DNA of 64,000 nt from Oikopleura dioica. Its lineage: Eukaryota > Animalia > Chordata. Below are positions 12,035 to 23,687 of this stretch, piece by piece. Within the stretch, counting starts at the first letter, position 1; the number at the start of each line of letters is the position of its first letter. Made by a program: the position numbers and the translations under genes. The stretch covers positions 13,888,001 to 13,952,000 of the forward strand of contig OU015567.1 of NCBI GenBank assembly GCA_907165135.1, written 5' to 3'. Under the pieces are notes generated by a model that was not told where the DNA came from, ran no database searches, and was given only the letters and a program-made list of their open reading frames with translations.

Positions 12035-14823
12035 ATGAAAGCGCTTCTATCGCTTTTTCTTTTTGTTCAGAGTTATGATATTATTGAACTAGAGAAGAAT
12101 TTAGATATTCTTGTTGATTCCCTTCTTGCATCAAATGCGATTCCAGGATTATCACTCGCCGTGGTTGATCTTCGAAATGAAAACTTCATCACAAAAGGAT
12201 ATGGAAAACGTCGTGTCGATCAGGAAGATCCTGTTTCTGAGGAAACTTTGTTCTGCCTCGCTTCAAATTCGAAACTTTTCACCGGAGTCTACTCTGCGTT
12301 AATCGAAAAGTACACTGGCATTTCTCTTGACACACGAGTCAACGATATTCCGGAGCTTCGTGAAGACAAAGACATTTTTCTCATTCTTAATTCTTGCTCG
12401 CTTAGTCAAGAAGTCACACTCAGAGATTTCCTTTCCCATAGAACTGGGACTAAAGTAGAGTTCGGAATGGTAGTCCTACATGAAAATCTCTAAAATTTCG
12501 AACTCAGAGCAAAGATGATTCGCCTACCCTGACACTTGGATGCGATATCGATACACGTGAGATTTTTGCTTCTCGTTCTCGTTATTTGGAACAAATAAGC
12601 CCTTTTCGATCCAGATACCGATATAGTAACTCTGGCTATACACTTGCGGGTTTTGTTGCGGAAAAACTCTGCAGTACTTCATCTTCTTGCAAAAGTCGCT
12701 TTGGCACAGAGTGGAAAGATGGAATTCAAGAGATTTTCAATATGGCGCAAATGAACTCTTCAGTTGTGGCTCAGGACCTGATACGAAACTTTTCATTTTA
12801 TGACGAATTGACTGCTCGATCGACTTTAGTGGATTGGCAAGGGAATCAGCATCCGAATGAAATAGGAATGGCTTCAATTAATAGAAAAGACTAAATGAGT
12901 CATTTAAAATGACCCCTCCGTCAAGTGAAAATGACTTTTTCAAACACAGATATCGGGCTGATCCCCTTAAGATTTTTAAATATTTTTTGATTATTTTGTA
13001 GCGAGGTAGTTGCTAAAGGGAACCAGAAGGAAAACAAGCTCATAGGCCTCTTAAGGGTGTCGCAACGATAAGTTAAAGTGAAAATATTTTTCAAACATGG
13101 ATATCATAAAGATCTCCTTAACTGATAATAATTTTTCTATGTTGAAAATTTAGCTGAGATTCTTGTCGAGGGCACAGCATCAAGTATATGATGATATCTT
13201 AAGGGTGTCACTAAGAAAAAAGGGTTTGAAGATTGGTGATCGGCTGAAAAATGGGCAAATTTAGCTAAAAAAAGTCCGAAAATCGTGATTTTTAAGTCGA
13301 TTCTGAAAGTCAAAGAGTCGAAATAGAATTTAACGACAATAAAGAAAAATGATCCTCAGAACTCAGAGAATCGATTCCCAAAAATCGTCAAACATGACGG
13401 GGAGGGGGAGCGGTCCTTAAATATCTTAAGATAAATTCAAAAATATGCCATTTTTAAGAGGTACTCTCAAGATCAAAGGCGATGGAACCAAGTTACGGCG
13501 TTATTTCAAACAGCAAGGACATGGCCCGCTGGATTGAGTTTATTCTCGGATCTCCGATAACCGCCAATCTAAGACTTGATCAGGACGGAATTCCCTGTAC
13601 AGGTTGTAGAAAATACTTTTCCATGGGTCAAGGACACAGTTGCAAATTATAGAGATTCTTTTAAAGTTACAGAAAACGCTAAGAAAGACATTTGAATAAC
13701 AGAATTTCTTTTCGAATAAAAATTTGTAGCTTTCAACAAGAGTCGGAACCAACAGATACAGAAGTCGTTTATGCTTTAGGAACGCGCACTGGCACTTACA
13801 GAGATTATCGCAAGTGGGTTCATTCTGGTGCCTTTGGCGGGTATAACTCTTATCTATACATGCTGCCTGATATTAAAATTGGTGTATTTACTGCTGTTAA
13901 CGGTGGTGGAGATACTTATGGAGCTATGAGAAAAGTGATTTACCACGGGCTTGACACAATGCTTGGACTTAAACCCAGCTTACCAGATATGCAGCAAGTA
14001 AATTCAATAGACGAAGAGAACCAGAAGAGTCAGAACAATTCAATTCGATTGCAGGCTCATCCGGAACTAAAAGAACCAGTTCTTTACCAACCAAAATCTC
14101 TAAAGCCTGAGTTTCAAAATCTTATTGGCTCTTATTATCATCCTCTTCTTGGAGAAATGATTATTTCAATAAAAAATCGACGATCTTGTCAAACGCTTGA
14201 AGTATATGAAAGTCTCTACGTTAAGATTGGAAAGCTTGGAACGGGATGGATCGAGAACTTAGGTATAGAACTAAGACATTAAGAATTATAAGCATTCAAA
14301 CAATAGAAAATAATGAAGAAGGGAGATTTTGATTGCAAATAAATAAATTATTCAGCATTTTATGACAGTGGCTTGATAAACGAAAAATATATGTATCCCT
14401 TATCAATTGATCCGACTGAGAACGAGCAATGTTGTGTTGGAATTCGATGCAATGTGACTTTGTTTTTAAGTTTTCATCTTTTTAAAAAGCATTCAGGAGG
14501 TGCAGAAAATCATTCCTGGAGTTTATCCACTAGTGAAAGATAACGACAACCCAGCTTTAGATTCGTGGACTGATGTCGACTTCATTTGGAACAGTTCGGG
14601 TAGACATCGAGAACTTTTTATAAATTTTCGAGAACTTAAACAATTTTTTTAAGTTTGGTACGTATCTGACTATAGTCCAGTCTTTTCTTTTGAAAAAAAC
14701 TCTTCTGGCGAATTCACGATTGTATTTCGCCGTGGATCGTGGACCTCTGAATCTTACTCTTTTACTCGAAATCACGATTATGATTTCAAGTGGACTGACA
14801 AATGTAACCTTAATTCTGAATAA
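12035..14823 (+). CDS. Secreted beta-lactamase/transpeptidase-fold serine hydrolase, multi-exon
   Basis: Hydrophobic N-terminus MKALLSLFLFVQS; SxxK (ASNSK), LRDFLSHRTG, YxN (YRYSN), SNSKDMARW, HSG (WVHSGAFGGY) and a C-terminal GSYYHPLLGEM motif; last exon ends ...KWTDKCNLNSE* at 14823. Mid-gene splicing (13560-13730) not resolved. Confidence 0.82.
12930..13420. mobile_element. Cluster of short TTAA-GG...CC-TTAA element remnants inside a lactamase-gene intron
   Basis: Right end atcgggctgatccccTTAA (to 12970) resembles the 10879 end; units TTAA-ggg...cc-TTAA at 13051-13121 and 13199-13420; aaatgatcctcagaac shared with ~10800. Confidence 0.5.
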
Positions 14824-14871
14824 AACTTGGTCACCAAGTCTCTTCCATTCGAGTAACTTAAAATATTGAGG

Positions 14872-15099
14872 TCAGGATTTTGCTCCGCAGAAGTCAATTT
14901 CATTTATCGCACTAGCGTAACGTTCTATCAAATATTTATAAGCTTCACTGTAACAATAAACAATAATTTCATCAAAGATAACATGACTCATGTTACATGA
15001 GATACTATCTATTAGGTCTGCCCAATAAGGGAATCTGGCTTTTAAAAAAAAGATCATCCTTTCTTTGCCCGGAGCGAGCAAAACAAGAGTTTTGCGCAC
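14872..15099 (-). pseudogene. Possible BTB/POZ-like coding fragment (copy 1)
   Basis: KARFPYWADLI...SHVIFDEIIVYCYS resembles the BTB consensus ARSPYF...F..LL.YLYT; no convincing start codon. Confidence 0.3.
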
Positions 15100-15109
15100 T
15101 CAGAAAATT

Positions 15110-15290
15110 AACCGACGAAGCCAATCAGCGCCGCGAGCGTAAATTAGGGCGCACGCAGAAAAGTTAGGAGAGGAAATTTTGAGGCGCGCGGAAAAGTTAA
15201 GCGGCGTAAATTTGGGGGGTTTTGAACAAATCAGGAAGAGTAAATTACGGAAAATGTACCGAGGAATGCGCGAAAATTTGGGGGTGGGGT
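15110..15290. promoter_or_regulatory. GC-skewed promoter-like segment with a CCAAT box and E2F-like sites (duplicated at ~20165-20340)
   Basis: agccaatcag (~15120); gcgcgcggaaaa and gcgcgaaaa (reverse complements TTTTCCGCGC and TTTTCGCGC). Motif match only. Confidence 0.3.
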
Positions 15291-15302
15291 ATGTTATATG
15301 AT

Positions 15303-18237
15303 TAGGGTGAATTTACAAAAAAATCAACTTTTTCCCTATTGATCCTATCTTGTTGAAACTCGGCATGGTGAAAGATCATACCCGACTTCTTAACAAAATT
15401 TTTTTTTTGAAAAAAATTTTTTCGTTTTTCAACCCTTTTCGGCCCCATAAAGGACTATCTTTTGAGCGCCTCAAGTCTGAGTGCTCTTTTTGGTCGGAAT
15501 CGATGCGCCGTCGACTTCTGATCAAAATTCAAAAAAAAAATTTAGTGAAGCTCTCACCGATGACTCACAATCGGCATTTAAGTGTTACATAACACTGTTA
15601 TGTAACATAGTAACAAAGTGAAAATAAGTCCTCCACTAGAACATTCAATGTTCGTGGGCTGAAATTTTGGGACAATAGGTATTTGGACCCAACTAAAAAA
15701 ATTCTAATTGAAAATTTTTTGGTCTGACCACGTGATCACGTGATACAGGTCATTTTCTGATAAGGAGGTCTCAATTTGTTCGAGACTCTCTCCGTCTCAG
15801 CCCCGTTCCTTGATTTTCTAATTTAAGGGGCTTGACGGCCCTTCGGGCCGTCTCAGCCCCGTTCCTTGATTTTCTAATTTAAGGGGCTTGACGGCCCTTC
15901 GGGCCGTCTCAGCCCCGTTCCTTGATTTTCTAATTTAAGGGGCTTGACGGCCCTTCGGGCCGTCTCAGCCCCGTTCCTTGATTTTCTAATTTAAGGGCTT
16001 GACGGCCCTTCGGGCCGTCTCAGCCCCGTTCCTTGATTTTCTAATTTAAGGGGCTTGACGGCCCTTCGGGCCGTCTCAGCCCCGTTCCTTGATTTTCTAA
16101 TTTAAGGGCTTGACGGCCCTTCGGGCCGTCTCAGCCCCGTTCCTTGATTTTCTAATTTAAGGGCTTGACGGCCCTTCGGGCCGTCTCAGCCCCGTTCCTT
16201 GATTTTCTAATTTAGGGGCTTGACGGCCCTTCGGGCCGTCTCAGCCCCGTTCCTTGATTTTCTAATTTAAGGGGCTTGACGGCCCTTCGGGCCGTCTCAG
16301 CCCCGTTCCTTGATTTTCTAATTTAAGGGGCTTGACGGCCCTTCGGGCCGTCTCAGCCCCGTTCCTTGATTTTCTAATTTAAGGGGCTTGACGGCCCTTC
16401 GGGCCGTCTCAGCCCCGTTCCTTGATTTTCTAATTTAAGGGGCTTGACGGCCCTTCGGGCCGTCTCAGCCCCGTTCCTTGATTTTCTAATTTAAGGGGCT
16501 TGACGGCCCTTCGGGCCGTCTCAGCCCCGTTCCTTGATTTTCTAATTTAAGGGCTTGACGGCCCTTCGGGCCGTCTCAGCCCCGTTCCTTGATTTTCTAA
16601 TTTAAGGGCTTGACGGCCCTTCGGGCCGTCTCAGCCCCGTTCCTTGATTTTCTAATTTAAGGGGCTTGACGGCCCTTCGGGCCGTCTCAGCCCCGTTCCT
16701 TGATTTTCTAATTTAAGGGCTTGACGGCCCTTCGGGCCGTCTCAGCCCCGTTCCTTGATTTTCTAATTTAAGGGCTTGACGGCCCTTCGGGCCGTCTCAG
16801 CCCCGTTCCTTGATTTTCTAATTTAAGGGGCTTGACGGCCCTTCGGGCCGTCTCAGCCCCGTTCCTTGATTTTCTAATTTAAGGGGCTTGACGGCCCTTC
16901 GGGCCGTCTCAGCCCCGTTCCTTGATTTTCTAATTTAAGGGGCTTGACGGCCCTTCGGGCCGTCTCAGCCCCGTTCCTTGATTTTCTAATTTAAGGGCTT
17001 GACGGCCCTTCGGGCCGTCTCAGCCCCGTTCCTTGATTTTCTAATTTAAGGGGCTTGACGGCCCTTCGGGCCGTCTCAGCCCCGTTCCTTGATTTTCTAA
17101 TTTAAGGGCTTGACGGCCCTTCGGGCCGTCTCAGCCCCGTTCCTTGATTTTCTAATTTAAGGGCTTGACGGCCCTTCGGGCCGTCTCAGCCCCGTTCCTT
17201 GATTTTCTAATTTAAGGGCTTGACGGCCCTTCGGGCCGTCTCAGCCCCGTTCCTTGATTTTCTAATTTAAGGGCTTGACGGCCCTTCGGGCCGTCTCAGC
17301 CCCGTTCCTTGATTTTCTAATTTAAGGGGCTTGACGGCCCTTCGGGCCGTCTCAGCCCCGTTCCTTGATTTTCTAATTTAAGGGGCTTGACGGCCCTTCG
17401 GGCCGTCTCAGCCCCGTTCCTTGATTTTCTAATTTAAGGGGCTTGACGGCCCTTCGGGCCGTCTCAGCCCCGTTCCTTGATTTTCTAATTTAAGGGGCTT
17501 GACGGCCCTTCGGGCCGTCTCAGCCCCGTTCCTTGATTTTCTAATTTAAGGGGCTTGACAAAGGCTGGGAAACCTGAGTTGATCACTCTCCGTTTCGTCC
17601 CCAACCCCTCCCACCTCCATTCGATGTAAAAATTTATATTGTTCATGTTTAAAGTCTTGTTAAGGTTTTTTATCGATAATTTATAAAAATATTTCTCTAC
17701 CGAGAATTTACTTCGAATTTAATGAACCCTTAATAAAAATTGAAAAAAAAAATGAAAATTGGGGCTCCGTAGCCAAAAATCCGAAAATTTGTAAAAAAAA
17801 TGGGTTTTATGGAGGCTACACCCTTCAAATTTTTATTTATTATATTTTTCGGGGAAGCTTTGGACCAACCCTTTTAATGTTCAAATTACGATTGTAAGAA
17901 TTATTTGTCTTCCACCAATTTATTTTCTTCCACCGGCTTTAGAAAAGGTCCTCCAGGTCATTCCTGATCGATCTGAATGAGCTTCACTAAATTTTTTTAT
18001 CTCAAAATGATCAGTTTTTTAAGGCGCTTCGAATGAGCCTACTCACGTTCTCGTAACTTGAGGCGCTCAAAAGTTGAGTTTTTCGTCCACTTCGGAGGGC
18101 GCTGGAAGAAAATCACGTGACATATTTAAAAAAAATCTCTTCGATATGAGATTCATATGGATGGGGGAAATTCCATACAAAATTTGAAAGCCGTACGACC
18201 CCTAGATTAAAAGTTGATTTTTTGTAAATTCACCCTA
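15303..18237. mobile_element. Non-autonomous hAT-type element, 2.9 kb, carrying a satellite array
   Basis: TIR TAGGGTGAATTTACAAAAAAATCAACTTTT / AAAAGTTGATTTTTTGTAAATTCACCCTA; 8-bp TSD TATATGAT at 15295-15302 and 18238-18245; subterminal inverted motif tttgagcgcctcaagt / acttgaggcgctcaaa; no transposase ORF. Confidence 0.92.
15792..17559. repeat. Tandem array of ~32 near-identical 55/56-bp units
   Basis: Unit ccgtctcagccccgttccttgattttctaatttaaggg(g)cttgacggcccttcggg; variation almost limited to 3 vs 4 G; each junction forms gacggccc-ttc-gggccgtc. Confidence 0.98.
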
Positions 18238-19884
18238 TATATGATGATATCTTAAGGGTGTCACTAAGAAAAAAGGGTTTGAAGATTGGTGATCGGCTGA
18301 AAAATGGGCAAATTTAGCTAAAAAATTCCGAAAATCGTGATTTTTAAGTCGATTCTGAAAGTCAAAGAGTCGAAATAGAATTTAACGACAATAAAGAAAA
18401 ATGATCCTCAGAACTCAGAGAATCGATTCCCAAAAATCGCCAAACATGACGGGGAGGGGGAGCGGTCCTTAAATATCTTAAGATAAATTCAAAAATATGC
18501 CATTTTTAAGAGGTACTCTCAAGATCAAAGGCGATGGAACCAAGTTACGGCGTTATTTCAAACAGCAAGGACATGGCCCGCTGGATTGAGTTTATTCTCG
18601 GATCTCCGATAACCGCCAATCTAAGACTTGATCAGGACGGAATTCCCTGTACAGGTTGTAGAAAATACTTTTCCATGGGTCAAGGACACAGTTGCAAATT
18701 ATAGAGATTCTTTTAAAGTTACAGAAAACGCTAAGAAAGACATTTGAATAACAGAATTTCTTTTCGAATAAAAATTTGTAGCTTTCAACAAGAGTCGGAA
18801 CCAACAGATACAGAAGTCGTTTATGCTTTAGGAACGCGCACTGGCACTTACAGAGATTATCGCAAGTGGGTTCATTCTGGTGCCTTTGGCGGGTATAACT
18901 CTTATCTATACATGCTGCCTGATATTAAAATTGGTGTATTTACTGCTGTTAACGGTGGTGGAGATACTTATGGAGCTATGAGAAAAGTGATTTACCACGG
19001 GCTTGACACAATGCTTGGACTTAAACCCAGCTTACCAGATATGCAGCAAGTAAATTCAATAGACGAAGAGAACCAGAAGAGTCAGAACAATTCAATTCGA
19101 TTGCAGGCTCATCCGGAACTAAAAGAACCAGTTCTTTACCAACCAAAATCTCTAAAGCCTGAGTTTCAAAATCTTATTGGCTCTTATTATCATCCTCTTC
19201 TTGGAGAAATGATTATTTCAATAAAAATCGACGATCTTGTCAAACGCTTGAAGTATATGAAAGTCTCTACGTTAAGATTGGAAAGCTTGGAACGGGATGG
19301 ATCGAGAACTTAGGTATAGAACTAAGACATTAAGAATTATAAGCATTCAAACAATAGAAAATAATGAAGAAGGGAGATTTTGATTGCAAATAAATAAATT
19401 ATTCAGCATTTTATGACAGTGGCTTGATAAACGAAAAATATATGTATCCCTTATCAATTGATCCGACTGAGAACGAGCAATGTTGTGTTGGAATTCGATG
19501 CAATGTGACTTTGTTTTTAAGTTTTCATCTTTTTAAAAAACATTCAGGAGGTGCAGAAAATCATTCCTGGAGTTTATCCACTAGTGAAAGATAACGACAA
19601 CCCAGCTTTAGATTCGTGGACTGATGTCGACTTCATTTGGAACAGTTCGGGTAGACATCGAGAACTTTTTATAAATTTTCGAGAACTTAAACAATTTTTT
19701 TAAGTTTGGTACGTATCTGACTATAGTCCAGTCTTTTCTTTTGAAAAAAAAACTCTTCTGGCGAATTCACGATTGTATTTCGCCGTGGATCGTGGACCTC
19801 TGAATCTTACTCTTTTACTCGAAATCACGATTATGATTTCAAGTGGACTGACAAATGTAACCTTAATTCTGAATAAAACTTGGT
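18238..19884 (+). pseudogene. Second copy of the 3' half of the beta-lactamase-like gene (no 5' exons)
   Basis: Near-identical to 13185-14831; 1-nt shorter A-run at ~19220 shifts the frame (real or a sequencing error). Confidence 0.85.
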
Positions 19885-19924
19885 CACCAAGTCTCTTCCA
19901 TTCGAGTAACTTAAAATATTGAGG

Positions 19925-20176
19925 TCAGGATTTTGCTCCGCAGAAGTCAATTTCATTTATCGCACTAGCGTAACGTTCTATCAAATATTTATAAGCTTCA
20001 CTGTAACAATAAACAATAATTTCATCAAAGATAACATGACTCATGTTACATGAGATACTATCTATTAGGTCTGCCCAATAAGGGAATCTGGCTTTTAAAA
20101 AAAGATCATCCTTTCTTTGCCCGGAGCGAGCAAAACAAGAGTTTTGCGCACTCAGAAAATTAACCGACGAAGCCAA
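19925..20176 (-). pseudogene. Possible BTB/POZ-like coding fragment (copy 2)
   Basis: Duplicate of 14872-15099. Confidence 0.3.
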
Positions 20177-20346
20177 TCAGCGCCGCGAGCGTAAATTAGG
20201 GCGCACGCAGAAAAGTTAGGAGAGGAAATTTTGAGGCGCGCGGAAAAGTTAAGCGGCGTAAATTTGGGGGGTTTTGAACAAATCAGGAAGAGTAAATTAC
20301 GGAAAATGTACCGAGGAATGCGCGAAAATTTGGGGGTGGGGTATGT

Positions 20347-22699
20347 TATATGATGATATCTTAAGGGTGTCACTAAGAAAAAAGGGTTTGAAGATTGGTG
20401 ATCGGCTGAAAAATGGGCAAATTTAGCTAAAAAATTCCGAAAATCGTGATTTTTAAGTCGATTCTGAAAGTCAAAGAGTCGAAATAGAATTTAACGACAA
20501 TAAAGAAAAATGATCCTCAGAACTCAGAGAATCGATTCCCAAAAATCGCCAAACATGACGGGGAGGGGGAGCGGTCCTTAAATATCTTAAGATAAATTCA
20601 AAAATATGCCATTTTTAAGAGGTACTCTCAAGATCAAAGGCGATGGAACCAAGTTACGGCGTTATTTCAAACAGCAAGGACATGGCCCGCTGGATTGAGT
20701 TTATTCTCGGATCTCCGATAACCGCCAATCTAAGACTTGATCAGGACGGAATTCCCTGTACAGGTTGTAGAAAATACTTTTCCATGGGTCAAGGACACAG
20801 TTGCAAATTCTAGAGATTCTTTTAAAGTTACAGAAAACGCTAAGAAAGACATTTGAATAACAGAATTTCTTTTCGAATAAAAATTTGTAGCTTTCAACAA
20901 GAGTCGGAACCAACAGATACAGAAGTCGTTTATGCTTTAGGAACGCGCACTGGCACTTACAGAGATTATCGCAAGTGGGTTCATTCTGGTGCCTTTGGCG
21001 GGTATAACTCTTATCTATACATGCTGCCTGATATTAAAATTGGTATATTTACTGCTGTTAACGGTGGTGGAGATACTTATGGATAGGGTTTTTCACGGAA
21101 CGGCGCGGCCCGCTCTGGGGTCCATCCACGAATATTAAAAGTCGTTTATTGAAGCGAAATTGATAATTCAAAAAATGAAACCGACTAATTCAAGGGAATA
21201 GATTCACAATATCGCATTAGTTTTTCTTTCGAATGCAAGAATTCGCTGTAAGACGCTTTTTCTTACTCAATTTCGATTTTTTAATCTGAGTACATCAAAA
21301 TACACTCTCTATTTTCAAATATGTGGGAAATAAGATGTTAAATTTTCAGCTCTCAAAATTTGGGATTTCGGAAACTTTCGGAAGGTGTTCAAATCGTCAG
21401 ATAAGTAAGTGAAAGTGACTGCGCGCTAGTGCTTTACGCCGCTGCGCGGGACGCCCAAAAAGCATTAGCGCGCGCCATAATCTCAGCGGGTGGTTTCTAT
21501 GACCTAGTATCGGAAATCTGATGCGAATTACACCGGGTGATTTGCACAAACAATTTCCAAGAAGTGTCAAGCTTCGTATTTGAGATGAATTAGACGGATT
21601 TATAACACTCGGAACAACAAAACTGATGAGATCCTTTTTTATCTTCCTTATCATTATTGCACCACCACCAAGTCAGAATTTGATAATAATTTTTACATAT
21701 TTGAAATCAGCGGCTCAAGAAACACTTATTTTGAAATATTCAGGCCGATTGAATGATATACCATTTTCCGTGAAAAACCCTACTTATGGAGCTATGAGAA
21801 AAGTGATTTACCACGGGCTTGACACAATGCTTGGACTTAAACCCAGCTTACCAGATATGCAGCAAGTAAATTCAATAGACCTGGAGAACCAGAAGAGTCA
21901 GAACAATTCAATTCGATTGCAGGCTCATCCGGAATTAAAAGAACCAGTTCTTTACCAGCCAAAATCTCTGAAGCCTGAGTTTCAAAATCTTATTGGCTCT
22001 TATTATCATCCTCTTCTTGGAGAAATGATTATTTCAATAAAAAATCGACGATCTTGTCAAACGCTTGAAGTATATGAAAGTCTCTACGTTAAGATTGGAA
22101 AGCTTGGAACGGGATGGATCGAGAACTTAGGTATATAACTAAGACATTAAGAATTATAAGCATTCAAACAATAGAAAATAATGAAGAAGGGAGATTTTGA
22201 TTGCAAATAAATAAATTATTCAGCATTTTATGACAGTGGCTTGATAAACGAAAAATATATGTATCCCTTATCAATTGATCCGACTGAGAACGAGCAATGT
22301 TGTGTTGGAATTCGATGCAATGTGACTTTGTTTTTAAGTTTTCATCTTTTTAAAAAACATTCAGGAGGTGCAGAAAATCATTCCTGGAGTTTATCCACTA
22401 GTGAAAGATAACGACGACCTGGCTTTAGATTCGTGGACTGATGTCGACTTCATTTGGAACAGTTCAGGTAGACATCGAGAACTTTTTATAAATTTTCGAG
22501 AACTTAAACAATTTTTTTAAGTTTGGTACGTATCTGACTATAGTCCAGTCTTTTCTTTTGAAAAAAACTCTTCTGGCGAATTCACGATTGTATTTCGCCG
22601 TGGATCGTGGACCTCTGAATCTTACTCTTTTACTCGAAATCACGATAATGATTTCAAGTGGACTGACAAATGTAACCTTAATTCTGAATAAAACTTGGT
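20347..22699 (+). pseudogene. Third copy of the 3' half of the beta-lactamase-like gene, interrupted by a hAT insertion
   Basis: Matches 13185-14831 with scattered substitutions; homology stops at aaacttggt (22699). Confidence 0.85.
21084..21782. mobile_element. Non-autonomous hAT-type element, 699 bp, inserted in an exon of copy 3
   Basis: TIR TAGGGTTTTTCACGGAA / TTCCGTGAAAAACCCTA; 8-bp TSD CTTATGGA at 21076-21083 and 21783-21790; the empty site is present in copies 1 and 2. Confidence 0.94.
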
Positions 22700-22861
22700 G
22701 AATGTTTTGTGACTGTTTTACGTGTCATATAAAAGAATGAAAACTGGTTGAGATGCAAGTCAGTAAGCAAATATAATTTTATATTTACATTTTTGGCCTG
22801 GCGCCCTCGTGCTTCAGATAAATTGAGCGGAGTAGCCGAACGAATTTTAAATTGACGAAGC

Positions 22862-23512
22862 ATGAGTGAGCAGGATAAGAGCCAGAAACGAAAACCTTCC
22901 ATCGATGAAGATGAAACAAAAGCAAAAACAACTAAATGTGACCATATGAAATATGGACTTACAGAGGTTGTTTCATTCGAGAAAATGTGAATAAATTTTA
23001 AGGATGAGTATGAACATCTCCAAAATCTTGCCATCATTGGCATCTTCGAGGGAGAGGATAAGTCTGTTTTTAACAATGGGTACCCAAAACCCGACTCAAC
23101 AGACATCAAGATGTTGTTGAAGGCTGTTTACAATGGTCTGGAAGAATTCTCGCTGAAGGTACATATTTGTTAGCATCATTCGCATCAATTTTTTAGCAAC
23201 TTGGCAGCAACTTTGTGGAGTTCACGGAATCAGGGTTGACTTTGACCTTTGATGCGGGAAATAACTTGGGTTCGTACTTATTGCCGAAGTCTACACCATT
23301 TAATTATGTAAATCACTGACAATCAATCTTAAGACGACCCTGATGGGAATGTTCTTTGGGAAAAATATTCGCTTTCTGGTAATCGATTCGATGGCAAACC
23401 GGTGAAATTTGAAGGGTGTCTCCGAATTATGAGCTCACGACGAGGAAGACTTTTCTATGAATGCGAATGGGAGCAGAGCGAAAAAAGATGCTCGAGAAGA
23501 GTTCACAGCTAA
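22862..23512 (+). CDS. Unknown small protein, about four exons
   Basis: MSEQDKSQKRKPSIDEDE... exon with GT-AG introns at ~22965 and ~23160; last exon ends ...FYECEWEQSEKRCSRRVHS*. The listed minus-strand ORF 22678-23109 is probably its antisense shadow. Confidence 0.55.
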
Positions 23513-23687
23513 GGAAAGGCTTCCTATTTAGAAATCTATTATGAACTTAATCTACTGATCGCGCCTTCAAAGTTTAAATCACCAGGAGACAGATACTACA
23601 CACGCTTCTGCTGCAAAATCAATGGTCAAAAATAATCATTAAATTCTGCAATATGATTTATTAGATAATAAATGAGTTCAAAAAGAA

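Noticed and set aside
12035-14823. Bacterial contamination or a recent antibiotic-resistance gene
   Set aside because: The gene has multiple spliceosomal introns and host-like composition, and is embedded among eukaryotic transposons.
15792-17559. CRISPR-like array (palindromic repeats)
   Set aside because: Units are directly adjacent with no unique spacers, no cas genes are present, and the context is eukaryotic and inside a hAT element.
15792-17559. Hammerhead ribozyme satellite (minus strand has CUGA-GA-stem)
   Set aside because: The CUGANGA spacing is wrong and no GAAA core follows the stem.
21397-21830. ORFs in or starting within the 699-bp hAT insertion as a transposase or new N-terminus
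   Set aside because: Short, no DDE or BED motifs; the 21626 ORF is a chance read-through into the lactamase exon.
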